DNA of 16,639 nucleotides from Nitrosopumilaceae archaeon (GTDB taxonomy: Archaea > Thermoproteota > Nitrososphaeria > Nitrososphaerales > Nitrosopumilaceae). The first letter of the stretch is position 1, and each line of letters opens with the position of its first letter. Below are positions 1 through 7,753 of this stretch, in pieces. The notes beneath the pieces were generated by a model that was not told the origin of the DNA, searched no databases, and saw only the letters and a list, made by a program, of their open reading frames with translations. Made by a program: the position numbers and the translations under genes. Location: the NCBI GenBank assembly GCA_035528495.1, contig DATKYM010000055.1, positions 1 through 16,639 on the forward strand. The letters run 5' to 3'.

Positions 1-549
1 CCAATCTGGTAATTTGATTTTATTTTTCGGAGACTAACAACTAAAAAGTGTAACAAAAATTTTAAGACGAAGTTTATCATTTTAGTATCGTTCCCTGGAG
101 AAATTCCTCTGATACAGTAAAATTTTTGGCTAAAAAATAACCACGTTCTAATCGTGAACCAAAATTTAGAGATTATAGATTTGGACAATTTCAACTAATC
201 ATTTAAAAATATTATACGTTGGAAAGATAACCAATTACACCAGAGATATTTTATTGAAAATTTTAAAAATTATTTTCCAACAAATCCTATCACGTCATTA
301 CGTTAGTACAGTCGGATTTTTACGCGTAAATGGGGGTTTGTCTTTTTACTCTACAGATAAACTCATTGATACTTCAAGAATTGAATTAATCAGTTTATCA
401 TCATTAATTGAAAATCCCAAAAACAACTAAACAAATGAATCTAAATTAACAAGATATTTTACAAAGTACTTGTATCCATTCAATATAGAATTAGTATAAT
501 TCAAAACAGTTTTTATTAAATAAGAAGAGCATCGTTACTGGGTCAACAA

Positions 550-1365
550 ATGTCAAGAATTAAAGAAAAGTTTTCGCAATTAAAGGAAAAAAATCAAAAG
601 GCGTTGATATCATATATCATGGTAGGCTATCCAAATGAAAGTGCAACAATTTCTGCAGTAAAGGGACTGGTGAAGGGAGGAGTAGACATTATAGAACTAG
701 GATTTCCATTCTCCGATCCACTAGCTGACGGCCCTGTAATTCAAAATGCTAGTGCTGTATCACTAGAGAAAGGGACAACAATAAATAAATTTTTTCATAT
801 CGTTAAAAAGATAAGAGACCAAACTGATATTCCACTCGTACTGATGACTTATACCAATATTTTATACCACAAAGGATATAAAAAGTTCATCACTGAAGCA
901 AAAAAAGCAGGGATTGACGGATTTATCCTACCAGACATGTCAATTGAGGAATCAAAAGAATATCTAGATGCAGCTAAAAGAAACACCGATACAATATTTT
1001 TAATCTCTCCCAATACCACCAAAGATAGAATAAACAAGATTGCAAAAGTTACTACTGGATTTTTATATCTTGTTGCAGTGTTTGGTACCACTGGAGTAAA
1101 GACGGGAGTAAAAAATTATACAATAAAGGCAATCAAGAGTGTAAAAAAACAAACCAAAGGAAAAATCCCCATTGGTGTTGGCTTTGGAGTATCAACTCCA
1201 GCAGATGTGAAAAAATTCGTCACAGCTGGTGCTGATGCAGTAATTGTAGGCAGTGCGTTTTTAAAATTAATGGAGACAACTCCACAAAGCAAGATAGAAA
1301 AGAAAATTGAATTATTCACCAGATCTTTAAAAAAAGAAACATTGAATGTAACCCAAAAATCATAA
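550..1365 (+). CDS. trpA: Tryptophan synthase alpha chain
   Basis: The 271-aa ORF starts with ATG. It carries the TrpA active-site stretch IELGFPFSDPLADGPVIQ and the C-terminal phosphate-binding region PIGVGFGVSTPADV. Length is typical for TrpA. Confidence 0.92.
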   Translation: MSRIKEKFSQLKEKNQKALISYIMVGYPNESATISAVKGLVKGGVDIIELGFPFSDPLADGPVIQNASAVSLEKGTTINKFFHIVKKIRDQTDIPLVLMTYTNILYHKGYKKFITEAKKAGIDGFILPDMSIEESKEYLDAAKRNTDTIFLISPNTTKDRINKIAKVTTGFLYLVAVFGTTGVKTGVKNYTIKAIKSVKKQTKGKIPIGVGFGVSTPADVKKFVTAGADAVIVGSAFLKLMETTPQSKIEKKIELFTRSLKKETLNVTQKS

Positions 1366-1375
1366 CAAAGACAAA

Positions 1376-1597
1376 ATGGATGAAATCATAGAAAACCAAA
1401 TTTTAGAGTTTGTTCAAAATAGGCATAAAAAGCAAGAGTCTACTGGGTCTCGGCATGTCCACATTAGATTTGACATTGAGATACTTCAAGCAGAAAAAAT
1501 TTTAGAGACACTAACCCAATTAAATAAAACTTCAAAATACTATGATAAAGATTACCAAGAAGACAGATACATTCCAAAATTACACGTCAAAGTATAG
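1376..1597 (+). CDS. Hypothetical small protein (73 aa), possibly co-transcribed with trpA
   Basis: ATG-initiated ORF 10 nt downstream of the trpA stop on the same strand. It has a charged, helical-looking composition and no family I recognise. Confidence 0.45.
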   Translation: MDEIIENQILEFVQNRHKKQESTGSRHVHIRFDIEILQAEKILETLTQLNKTSKYYDKDYQEDRYIPKLHVKV

Positions 1598-1649
1598 TGG
1601 CCTACCGTCATTTTTGCAACTATAGTTTTCCACCTTTAATGGCCACTAT
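1594..1649. repeat. Perfect 9-bp inverted repeat ATAGTGGCC / GGCCACTAT with a 38-nt spacer
   Basis: Read directly from the sequence. The left arm 1594-1602 overlaps the TAG stop of the 73-aa ORF and the right arm is 1641-1649. The GC-rich arms stand out in AT-rich surroundings. Confidence 0.85.
1611..1615 (+). terminator. T5 run, candidate archaeal termination signal after the trpA/small-ORF unit
   Basis: TTTTT lies 14 nt after the stop at 1597, inside the loop of the 9-bp inverted repeat at 1594-1649. Archaeal RNAP is known to terminate at oligo-T tracts. Confidence 0.25.
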
Positions 1650-1746
1650 CTAGAGGTTCTCAACTTATACTATGGAAGAGGTGAGATAAAAAATAAGCTG
1701 GTCTAATTTTAAAAATTTGTTCAAAAATTAGAGAATTTTTTTACAC

Positions 1747-3405
1747 ATGTTAAAACCAGAGATAGATCGGCAAAACACACAAAAACCGGTTATTCATTTG
1801 CTAAATGTGCAGACAAAGTTCATTTTTGTGACTGGTGGTGTAATGTCCGGTCTTGGTAAAGGAGTCACCACATCGTCTATTGCCAAACTATTACAATTAG
1901 CAAATCAAAAAGTCTCTTGTATCAAAATAGATCCCTACCTAAACTACGACGCAGGAACCATGAATCCAATAGCTCACGGGGAGGTCTTTGTTACAGAAGA
2001 CGGTGGAGAGTGTGATATGGATATTGGAAATTATGAGCGTTTTTTGAATCAAAATATTCCTAAAAATCACAACATTACTACTGCTCAAGTTTATTCTACC
2101 GTAATTGAATCAGAACGGAAAGGAGAGTATTTGGGAGCATGTGTACAGATTATTCCACACATAACAGATGAGATAAAAAACAAAATTAAAAAAATTGCAG
2201 ATGATGAGGGATTAGATTTTTTGATTGTAGAGTGTGGAGGAACGGTAGGTGATATTGAATCACTTCCATTTTTAGAAGCCCTAAGACAGATGAGAGTTGA
2301 GGATGGGCCCAAAAATGTAATTTTTGTCCATGTAACTTTGGCTCCGTCACTTGATGTGGTCGGCGAGCAAAAGACAAAGCCTACTCAGCATAGTGTACAA
2401 GAATTACGTAGAATTGGTATACAGCCAGACTTTTTGGCAGTGAGATGCACCCAACCACTAGAGGAAAAAACAAAGAAAAAACTAGCACTCTTTACCAATG
2501 TTGCAGTTGATGATGTTCTTTCTTGTCATGATGCAAAATCAATTTTTGAAGTACCCCAGATTCTCTATGACCAAGGAATTTTAGATTCTATTTTTACAAA
2601 ATTTGGTAAAGTTGGCATGGTCAATGCATCAGCCAATTGGGATGATTGGAATAAAATTGCAGAGTCGATGTCTAGTCAAAAGGATCAAACAGTAAAGATT
2701 GCAATGGTCGGAAAATATGTAACCCTTACAGATAGTTACGTGAGTGTAAATCATGCATTAAAACACGCAGGTGCAAAACTAGGAAAAGAAGTTGAGATTG
2801 ATTGGATTGATTCTGAATTAATTGATGATTATAGTAAACTTTCAGATTATGATGGAATTCTAGTGCCAGGAGGATTTGGTACCAGAGGATCTGAGGGAAT
2901 AATAAAAACTGCAAATTATGCAAGAGAGAAGAACATCCCATATCTTGGAATTTGTTTTGGGTTTCAGCTTGCAGCCATTGCATTTGCACGTGAAGTTTTG
3001 AAGCTAGAGGATGCAAATTCAACTGAAATTAAAAATGATTCCAAAAACCCAGTGGTGGACTTGCTCCCCGAACAAAAGGATGTAGAAGACATGGGAGGAT
3101 CCTTAAGACTTGGAGGTCATAATATCAAGATAAACCCAGATACAATTGCCAAGAGAATTTATGTTTCTGATTCAATTAACAAAAGGCATAGACATCGCTA
3201 TGAAATAAACAAAGACTACATTACTGATTTTGAACAACATGGAATGATTTTTTCTGCAGAAAGTGATGGTGGAAAGAGAATGGAGATTTTAGAGATTCCC
3301 AGTCACAAATTCTATCTGGGAGTACAGTTTCACCCCGAATTTAACAGTAGACCAGGATTTCCTGAAGAATCTTTTGTGTCATTTGTCAAAACCGCTTCAA
3401 GCTAG
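1747..3405 (+). CDS. pyrG: CTP synthase (glutamine-hydrolysing)
   Basis: 552 aa. Synthetase motifs are [22 protein letters not shown] and KTKPTQHS. The glutaminase domain has nucleophile motif GICFGFQ and HRHRYE. The conserved core begins about 20 aa after the ATG at 1747, so GTG at 1807 ([11 protein letters not shown]) is an alternative start. Confidence 0.95.
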   Translation: MLKPEIDRQNTQKPVIHLLNVQTKFIFVTGGVMSGLGKGVTTSSIAKLLQLANQKVSCIKIDPYLNYDAGTMNPIAHGEVFVTEDGGECDMDIGNYERFLNQNIPKNHNITTAQVYSTVIESERKGEYLGACVQIIPHITDEIKNKIKKIADDEGLDFLIVECGGTVGDIESLPFLEALRQMRVEDGPKNVIFVHVTLAPSLDVVGEQKTKPTQHSVQELRRIGIQPDFLAVRCTQPLEEKTKKKLALFTNVAVDDVLSCHDAKSIFEVPQILYDQGILDSIFTKFGKVGMVNASANWDDWNKIAESMSSQKDQTVKIAMVGKYVTLTDSYVSVNHALKHAGAKLGKEVEIDWIDSELIDDYSKLSDYDGILVPGGFGTRGSEGIIKTANYAREKNIPYLGICFGFQLAAIAFAREVLKLEDANSTEIKNDSKNPVVDLLPEQKDVEDMGGSLRLGGHNIKINPDTIAKRIYVSDSINKRHRHRYEINKDYITDFEQHGMIFSAESDGGKRMEILEIPSHKFYLGVQFHPEFNSRPGFPEESFVSFVKTASS

Positions 3406-3406
3406 A

Positions 3407-4420
3407 TTATTCTATTTTTGAGATTTCGTATATTTTTTGTCTTGCGTCTCTAACTGAGACTTTCTTTTTGATGTATCCTTTATCAAGTAGGTGACTTAGT
3501 GCTAATCTAACAGTTCTATCAGGAAGAAGTGTTTTGTTTGAAAGATCCTTTTGTGTTAGTGCACCTTCATACTCTAGTGTTTTTATGATTAGTTTTGAGC
3601 TTGGAGGCATACTAAGTAACTCTTCTGCAAGATGTGCTTTTTTTGCAAGTGCTGAAATTGCAGTAGAATCTTTTTTGAGACGAATAATTTTTGCAGGTGG
3701 CAAATATTGTGTGCACTCTACAGTCTTGTTTACTTTATATCGCTCCAATCCATCTAGAATTACTTCACAATGCAGTCTAGCAGAGATATCGTCTATCTCA
3801 ATTGAACTGTTATTAGAAACAATGATTGGCCTTCTATTTACATTCAAAGAGTTTACAGATATTATCCCAAATACTGTTGAATCCTGAAAAATTACAGGTC
3901 CACCTGCTGACATGGAATACGCTGACGAGCCAATTGGAGTAGAGACTATTATTCCATCACCGCTATCGTGCCATACTTCCTCTCCATTAACACTAAGCGT
4001 ATGCTCCATCAGCATTGCACTTTTCGAAGGAAATACTGCAACATCATTTAAAACAGGAAAAACATTTGTTCCATCTATTTTTACTGCCAATCGTGGAACT
4101 TCTTCAATTGAATAATTTCCTTTTTTTAATCTATTTACATATGATGAAAATTCTTTAAGATCGATTTGCGCTAAAAATCCCCCATATTCCCCCTCATTGA
4201 TTCCTAAAACTGGAGAGGTAGAATCAAATGCCCTGTGAAAATAATTTCGAATTCCTTTATCGCCTCCAAGAACAATCACACAATCAAATTGTTTTGTTTT
4301 AGTTTTTGGGGTAATGATAGAGGGTTTGATATCATTTTCAGATAGTATTTTTTTTATTATTCTTTGAGAAGTAGATGTAGAGCCTATACCATAAATTCCT
4401 ATTTGCACAAAGAATTTCAA
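3407..4420 (-). CDS. nadK: NAD kinase (ATP-NAD/AcoX kinase family) fused to a C-terminal winged helix-turn-helix domain
   Basis: 337 aa with a TTG start. NADK motifs are VLGGDKG (variant of GGDG), LNDVAVF and GDGIIVSTPIGSSAYSMSAGGPVI. The C-terminal ~60 aa (nt 3410-3607, SKLIIKTLEYEGALTQKDLSNKTLLPDRTVRLALSHLLDKGYIKKKVSVRDARQKIYEI) look like a MarR/TrmB-type wHTH. Confidence 0.8.
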   Translation of the reverse strand: MKFFVQIGIYGIGSTSTSQRIIKKILSENDIKPSIITPKTKTKQFDCVIVLGGDKGIRNYFHRAFDSTSPVLGINEGEYGGFLAQIDLKEFSSYVNRLKKGNYSIEEVPRLAVKIDGTNVFPVLNDVAVFPSKSAMLMEHTLSVNGEEVWHDSGDGIIVSTPIGSSAYSMSAGGPVIFQDSTVFGIISVNSLNVNRRPIIVSNNSSIEIDDISARLHCEVILDGLERYKVNKTVECTQYLPPAKIIRLKKDSTAISALAKKAHLAEELLSMPPSSKLIIKTLEYEGALTQKDLSNKTLLPDRTVRLALSHLLDKGYIKKKVSVRDARQKIYEISKIE

Positions 4421-4445
4421 ATGACCATACCATAAAAGGTTAAAG

Positions 4446-5318
4446 CTAAATGGAACGGTAATTCAATAGATTATAAAAATAAGAAGCATTATTTTCAATA
4501 GCGCCTTGTTTTGGTATCTTTAAAAGCCCAATATTTTTTGAATCAAGTGAGGCCTGAGCAGCACCTCCTGCAAAACAAAAAGCCCAAAGAAAATCGTTTT
4601 CCTTTAACATTGTGCAACAAAACGCAGAGCAAAAAATGTCACCTACTCCCGTCGTATCATGAATTTTTTTGTTTGGAAGTGTTAGGGAATAAATCCTATC
4701 TTTGACTAACATCGATATCTCGGCTTTATTTGAATAAATTACATACTCTACTCCTTTTTTTTGCAACATCACTAAAGCATCTATTTTAGATGTCCCTATC
4801 AAATACTCTGCTTCCTCAGGATTAACTTTGATTGCATTTACATTATTCAAATTAATTTCAGTATTTTCTAAAAAAACTTTTTTTTCATTATTAGTTCTCC
4901 TTAGAAATCCCTGAGGATCTAAAAACAAAAAATTAGAATCTTGTTTTATTTTTTCAAAAACTTCGGGTGTAATTTCATGAAAAATCGGACTGACAATAAA
5001 TCCATCTGCATTAATTTTTGTATATGTAATTGGGTCACATTGGTTTTCAAGTTTTAGTGTCCTATCAGAGCCCTCTACTATTATAGAGAATTTTGTGGTG
5101 TCTTTGTTGCTTAAAGCATTTTCAAACTGAATGTGATTATCTGTAAGGTATTGTTTATGTGGAAAGTCAGGGCCAAACTTTGTGACTAGTTCGACATCAA
5201 ATTTGAATCGTTTTGCAGTGATTCCACCATAACAAGCTGCTCCACCTATTTGCTCATATTTTGAATCACCTATTGTAATTGTGTCAATTGCACAATGAGA
5301 GAACAAGGCAAGCTTCAT
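4446..5318 (-). CDS. PfkB-family carbohydrate/nucleoside kinase (ribokinase-like)
   Basis: 290 aa with an ATG start. There is an N-terminal GG motif (IGGAACYGG) and the C-terminal PfkB signature DTTGVGDIFCSAF. Substrate cannot be assigned from the sequence alone. Confidence 0.8.
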   Translation of the reverse strand: MKLALFSHCAIDTITIGDSKYEQIGGAACYGGITAKRFKFDVELVTKFGPDFPHKQYLTDNHIQFENALSNKDTTKFSIIVEGSDRTLKLENQCDPITYTKINADGFIVSPIFHEITPEVFEKIKQDSNFLFLDPQGFLRRTNNEKKVFLENTEINLNNVNAIKVNPEEAEYLIGTSKIDALVMLQKKGVEYVIYSNKAEISMLVKDRIYSLTLPNKKIHDTTGVGDIFCSAFCCTMLKENDFLWAFCFAGGAAQASLDSKNIGLLKIPKQGAIENNASYFYNLLNYRSI

Positions 5319-5344
5319 TTAGTTGGATTTACCAATCTGATGAT

Positions 5345-5542
5345 TTAGTTTTTTGCTTTATTTTTTTCCGAACAAGATTTGCAAATAATTTCTCTTTTAG
5401 ATATTACCAATTCTACATTCGAGGCACAACAAGTATGGCACAATCCCTTCATATCGATACAAATTCTAAGAGCACAGGCAAGAATTAAAACATAATGAGT
5501 ATTTGGCTCAAAAACAGGAACTAAATTCAAGAATTTTGTCAA
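5345..5542 (-). CDS. Small Cys-rich protein, possible zinc ribbon (65 aa from TTG, or 35 aa from the internal ATG)
   Basis: Contains CHTCC and CKSC pairs about 15 residues apart (MKGLCHTCCASNVELVISKREIICKSCSEK). It ends 26 nt upstream of the PfkB kinase start on the same strand. The start codon is uncertain. Confidence 0.35.
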   Translation of the reverse strand: MTKFLNLVPVFEPNTHYVLILACALRICIDMKGLCHTCCASNVELVISKREIICKSCSEKNKAKN

Positions 5543-5629
5543 TTATACGCAAAAACATATCTCAAGAAAACCCTGCTTAATGAGTAAATGGAGTTTTAAC
5601 GAGTTTATCGACTATCAGTAAAAAGGTAG

Positions 5630-5641
5630 CCCCCCCCCCCC
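5630..5641. repeat. C12 homopolymer tract
   Basis: Counted directly: C at 5630, ten C at 5631-5640, C at 5641. It sits in the divergent intergenic region 5543-5795. Confidence 0.95.
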
Positions 5642-5730
5642 TTTGTGCGTAAAAAGTTTGTTATGACTTGCGTTATGATTAGAGTTTGTTTGTTGGAGAA
5701 TCGTTAAATCAATAATATATGGTATGATGT

Positions 5731-5755
5731 TATGAGAATTTTTGTAATTCTCATA
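5731..5755. promoter_or_regulatory. Perfect 10-bp palindrome TATGAGAATT-tttgt-AATTCTCATA, candidate operator or hairpin next to a TATA-like box
   Basis: The arms are 5731-5740 and 5746-5755 with a 5-nt loop. A TATA-like TTTTATAA at 5761-5768 follows 6 nt downstream, about 31 nt upstream of the TTG start at 5796. Confidence 0.45.
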
Positions 5756-5795
5756 GGTGGTTTTATAACAGGTGAATTGATAACCAAACTCCAGA

Positions 5796-6665
5796 TTGGA
5801 TGAATTAGTCGTAAAAAAAGATTTTACAAATATTTACACGCAAAAATTTCCGGATGATTATCTTGAAGAAATGAAAAGACTACACTATGGTATTCCTGAT
5901 AAAACAAAACCACTCTATCTATCACTTGCAAAACAACTTTACAAAACACTATCAAGACCAATCAATATTTTGGATATCGGAAGCTCATATGGAATTAATT
6001 CTGCACTGATGAAATATGATTTGGAAATGTCAGATCTCGATGATTTCTTTTTGCAAGGAGATAGTACCGGATTAGAACAAACAAAGCAATTTTTTGAAAA
6101 AATTCCCTCAAACGATAACCTAAATTTCTATCAGATAGATATTTCATGTCCTGCACTACAGTTCTCTGAAAACGTAAAATTATGCAAGAAAGGAATTTGT
6201 GTAAATCTTGAAACGGAAAGTCCCCCAATCAAAGAAATTCCTTCATTTGATATGATAATTGCAACAGGCTGTATTGGCTACATTGGATTTAAGGCATTTT
6301 CAAATCTCTTTGAATTAATCAAAAAACAACAAACAAAATACTCACAATCAGATATAGACAAGCCTATTTTTGCCTTTTCAGTTCTAAGAATGTTTGATAT
6401 GGAAAAAATCCAACAGACCTTTGATTATTATGGTTATTCTCTTGTAAGAACAGATTTGGATCTAATTCGTCAAAGGCGATTCTCAGATTCAGATGAAAGA
6501 AATCAAACCATTTCTCTTTTGAACAGTAAGGGAATTGATGTAAAAGGCTTTGAAGATGATGGTCATTTTTATGCCCATTTTTATGTTGCAAGTCCCAAGA
6601 TATTAGAAAATCAGTTAATTTCAATGTCTAAACATATGGAAAAAAATGTACAAGTTGAGAACTAA
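5796..6665 (+). CDS. Putative class I SAM-dependent methyltransferase-like protein
   Basis: 289 aa with a TTG start; the first ATG is at codon 26. INILDIGSSYG resembles a degenerate motif I, FYQIDIS resembles the acidic beta-2 end, and FDMIIATGCIGYI resembles motif IV. The fold assignment is tentative. Confidence 0.5.
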   Translation: MDELVVKKDFTNIYTQKFPDDYLEEMKRLHYGIPDKTKPLYLSLAKQLYKTLSRPINILDIGSSYGINSALMKYDLEMSDLDDFFLQGDSTGLEQTKQFFEKIPSNDNLNFYQIDISCPALQFSENVKLCKKGICVNLETESPPIKEIPSFDMIIATGCIGYIGFKAFSNLFELIKKQQTKYSQSDIDKPIFAFSVLRMFDMEKIQQTFDYYGYSLVRTDLDLIRQRRFSDSDERNQTISLLNSKGIDVKGFEDDGHFYAHFYVASPKILENQLISMSKHMEKNVQVEN

Positions 6666-6778
6666 AATAAAACTAAGCAAGAAAAAGCCTTTCCTTCCCA
6701 AAAAATAATTTCAAAATAGAGTTTAGAACCAACTACACTATGGCAGCAAATAAGAAGGGAATTCCACATTTGGGCAAG

Positions 6779-6787
6779 AATATAAAG
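6779..6787 (+). promoter_or_regulatory. TATA-like box for the eS26 gene
   Basis: AATATAAAG is centred about 25 nt upstream of the ATG at 6808. That spacing fits a leaderless or very short-leader archaeal transcript. Confidence 0.4.
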
Positions 6788-6807
6788 AGGCAAGAGCGAT
6801 TCTCGAT

Positions 6808-7095
6808 ATGCCACTTAAGCGTGCAAGTAGAGGTCGTACCAAAGGGGGGAAAGGTTCAACTGGAACTGTACAATGTACAAACTGTGGACAAACTGTACCT
6901 AAAGACAAGGCCAAAAAAGTCACCTCAAAATTAAATTTAGTAGAGCACACCTTGGCAAAAGAATTAAGAGCCCAAGGAGCTTACATTGCATCACCTACTG
7001 TTCTAAAACATTACTGTATTTCATGTGCAATTCATTTTAAAATTCTTAAAATCAGATCAGCTGATAGCAGAAGAAAACGGGGAAAACTTCGATAA
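6808..7095 (+). CDS. rps26e: 30S ribosomal protein eS26
   Basis: 95 aa. The N-terminus MPLKRASRGRTKGGKGSTGTVQCTNCGQTVPKDKA and the second Cys pair (HYCISCAIH) are characteristic of eS26. Confidence 0.9.
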   Translation: MPLKRASRGRTKGGKGSTGTVQCTNCGQTVPKDKAKKVTSKLNLVEHTLAKELRAQGAYIASPTVLKHYCISCAIHFKILKIRSADSRRKRGKLR

Positions 7096-7097
7096 AA

Positions 7098-7670
7098 CTA
7101 TTCTTTGATATTTTTAGCAGTGAACACCATTCTTTGAACTAATGTTATAGCTGCTATAATTACTACGATACCCACAGCAATTTCCATAAAACCAATAATT
7201 CCAATTATCGCAATTACCAAAAGACGTTCGGCTCGCTCCCCTATTCCCACTCCTTGAAGTTTGATATTTAGCGAATCAGATTTTGCTCTAGCATAACTAA
7301 CGAGTAATGACAGTGTAATTGCAAGCAATACCATATAAGGCTCTGCATAACCTCCCACTAAAATTCCAAGGAAAATTGCAGTCTCTGCAATTTTATCAAA
7401 CATTGAATCGAGGTATCCACCTTTTTTTGATGTCTTGCCTGTTACTTTGGCCACCTGACCATCAACCATATCAAAAAATCCTGACACAAGAAGCAATACA
7501 CCTCCAAAGATTAACCCATGCTCGATTCCTAAACCATAAACCAAAGCAGATGCTAATGCAATTACCAATCCAACTACCGTCCAAAAATTTGGAGATAATC
7601 CTGTAGATGCAAATCCTTTTCCCATCTTTTCAAGAGCTGGACGTAGTGTCTCCCTGAGGTTATTTAACAC
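7098..7670 (-). CDS. CDP-alcohol phosphatidyltransferase (archaeal polar-lipid headgroup synthase family)
   Basis: 190 aa, GTG start, multi-pass hydrophobic. The motif DGQVAKVTGKTSKKGGYLDSMFD matches D-G-x2-A-(R/K)-x8-G-x3-D-x3-D. The alcohol substrate cannot be determined. Confidence 0.85.
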   Translation of the reverse strand: MLNNLRETLRPALEKMGKGFASTGLSPNFWTVVGLVIALASALVYGLGIEHGLIFGGVLLLVSGFFDMVDGQVAKVTGKTSKKGGYLDSMFDKIAETAIFLGILVGGYAEPYMVLLAITLSLLVSYARAKSDSLNIKLQGVGIGERAERLLVIAIIGIIGFMEIAVGIVVIIAAITLVQRMVFTAKNIKE

Positions 7671-7690
7671 GTGATTCTCCCAAAACCCAA

Positions 7691-7700
7691 GTATATAAAA
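7691..7700 (-). promoter_or_regulatory. TATA box for the CDP-alcohol phosphatidyltransferase gene
   Basis: The minus strand reads TTTTATATAC, centred about 26 nt upstream of the GTG start at 7670. Confidence 0.4.
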
Positions 7701-7753
7701 AATAAGATACTTGTTTGATAAATTTATAAAATATGCATCATTTTAGGTATAAA

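Noticed and set aside
60-282. Possible replication-origin architecture (TTCCCTGGAGAAATTCC at about 91-107, plus inverted GTTGGAAA/TTTCCAAC flanking an AT-rich core)
   Set aside because: The elements are only 8 bp long and only loosely resemble archaeal ORB boxes. No orc1/cdc6 gene is visible, and the candidate minus-strand ORF start at 80->1 does not look like Orc1/Cdc6.
849-1319. Minus-strand ORFs 849-1091 and 1116-1319 inside trpA
   Set aside because: They are fully antisense to a well-supported TrpA coding frame. Their hydrophobic, low-complexity translations are typical of antisense frames in AT-rich genes.
2091-3022. Minus-strand ORFs 2091-2312, 2186-2377 and 2726-3022 inside pyrG
   Set aside because: They are antisense to a strongly supported CTP synthase frame and carry no recognisable motifs.
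3534-4115. Plus-strand ORFs 3534-3887 and 3912-4115 inside the NADK-wHTH gene, and 4511-4705 inside the PfkB gene
   Set aside because: They are antisense to frames carrying clear NAD kinase and PfkB motifs. Their Ser/Cys/Phe-rich compositions point to spurious frames.
5279-5488. Plus-strand ORF 5279-5488 (69 aa)
   Set aside because: It overlaps the PfkB start and is antisense to the Cys-rich small ORF. Its composition is unconvincing and it has no upstream promoter-like element.
5732-5803. 23-aa hydrophobic micro-ORF (MRIFVILIGGFITGELITKLQIG) spanning the palindrome and overlapping the TTG start at 5796
   Set aside because: It is too short to support from sequence alone. Its apparent coding capacity is explained by the palindrome and promoter elements.
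6738-6950. ORFs 6740-6934 (+) and 6738-6950 (-) overlapping the eS26 gene
   Set aside because: The eS26 frame starting at 6808 is unambiguous. The alternative frames overlap it out of frame or antisense and would also cover its TATA box.
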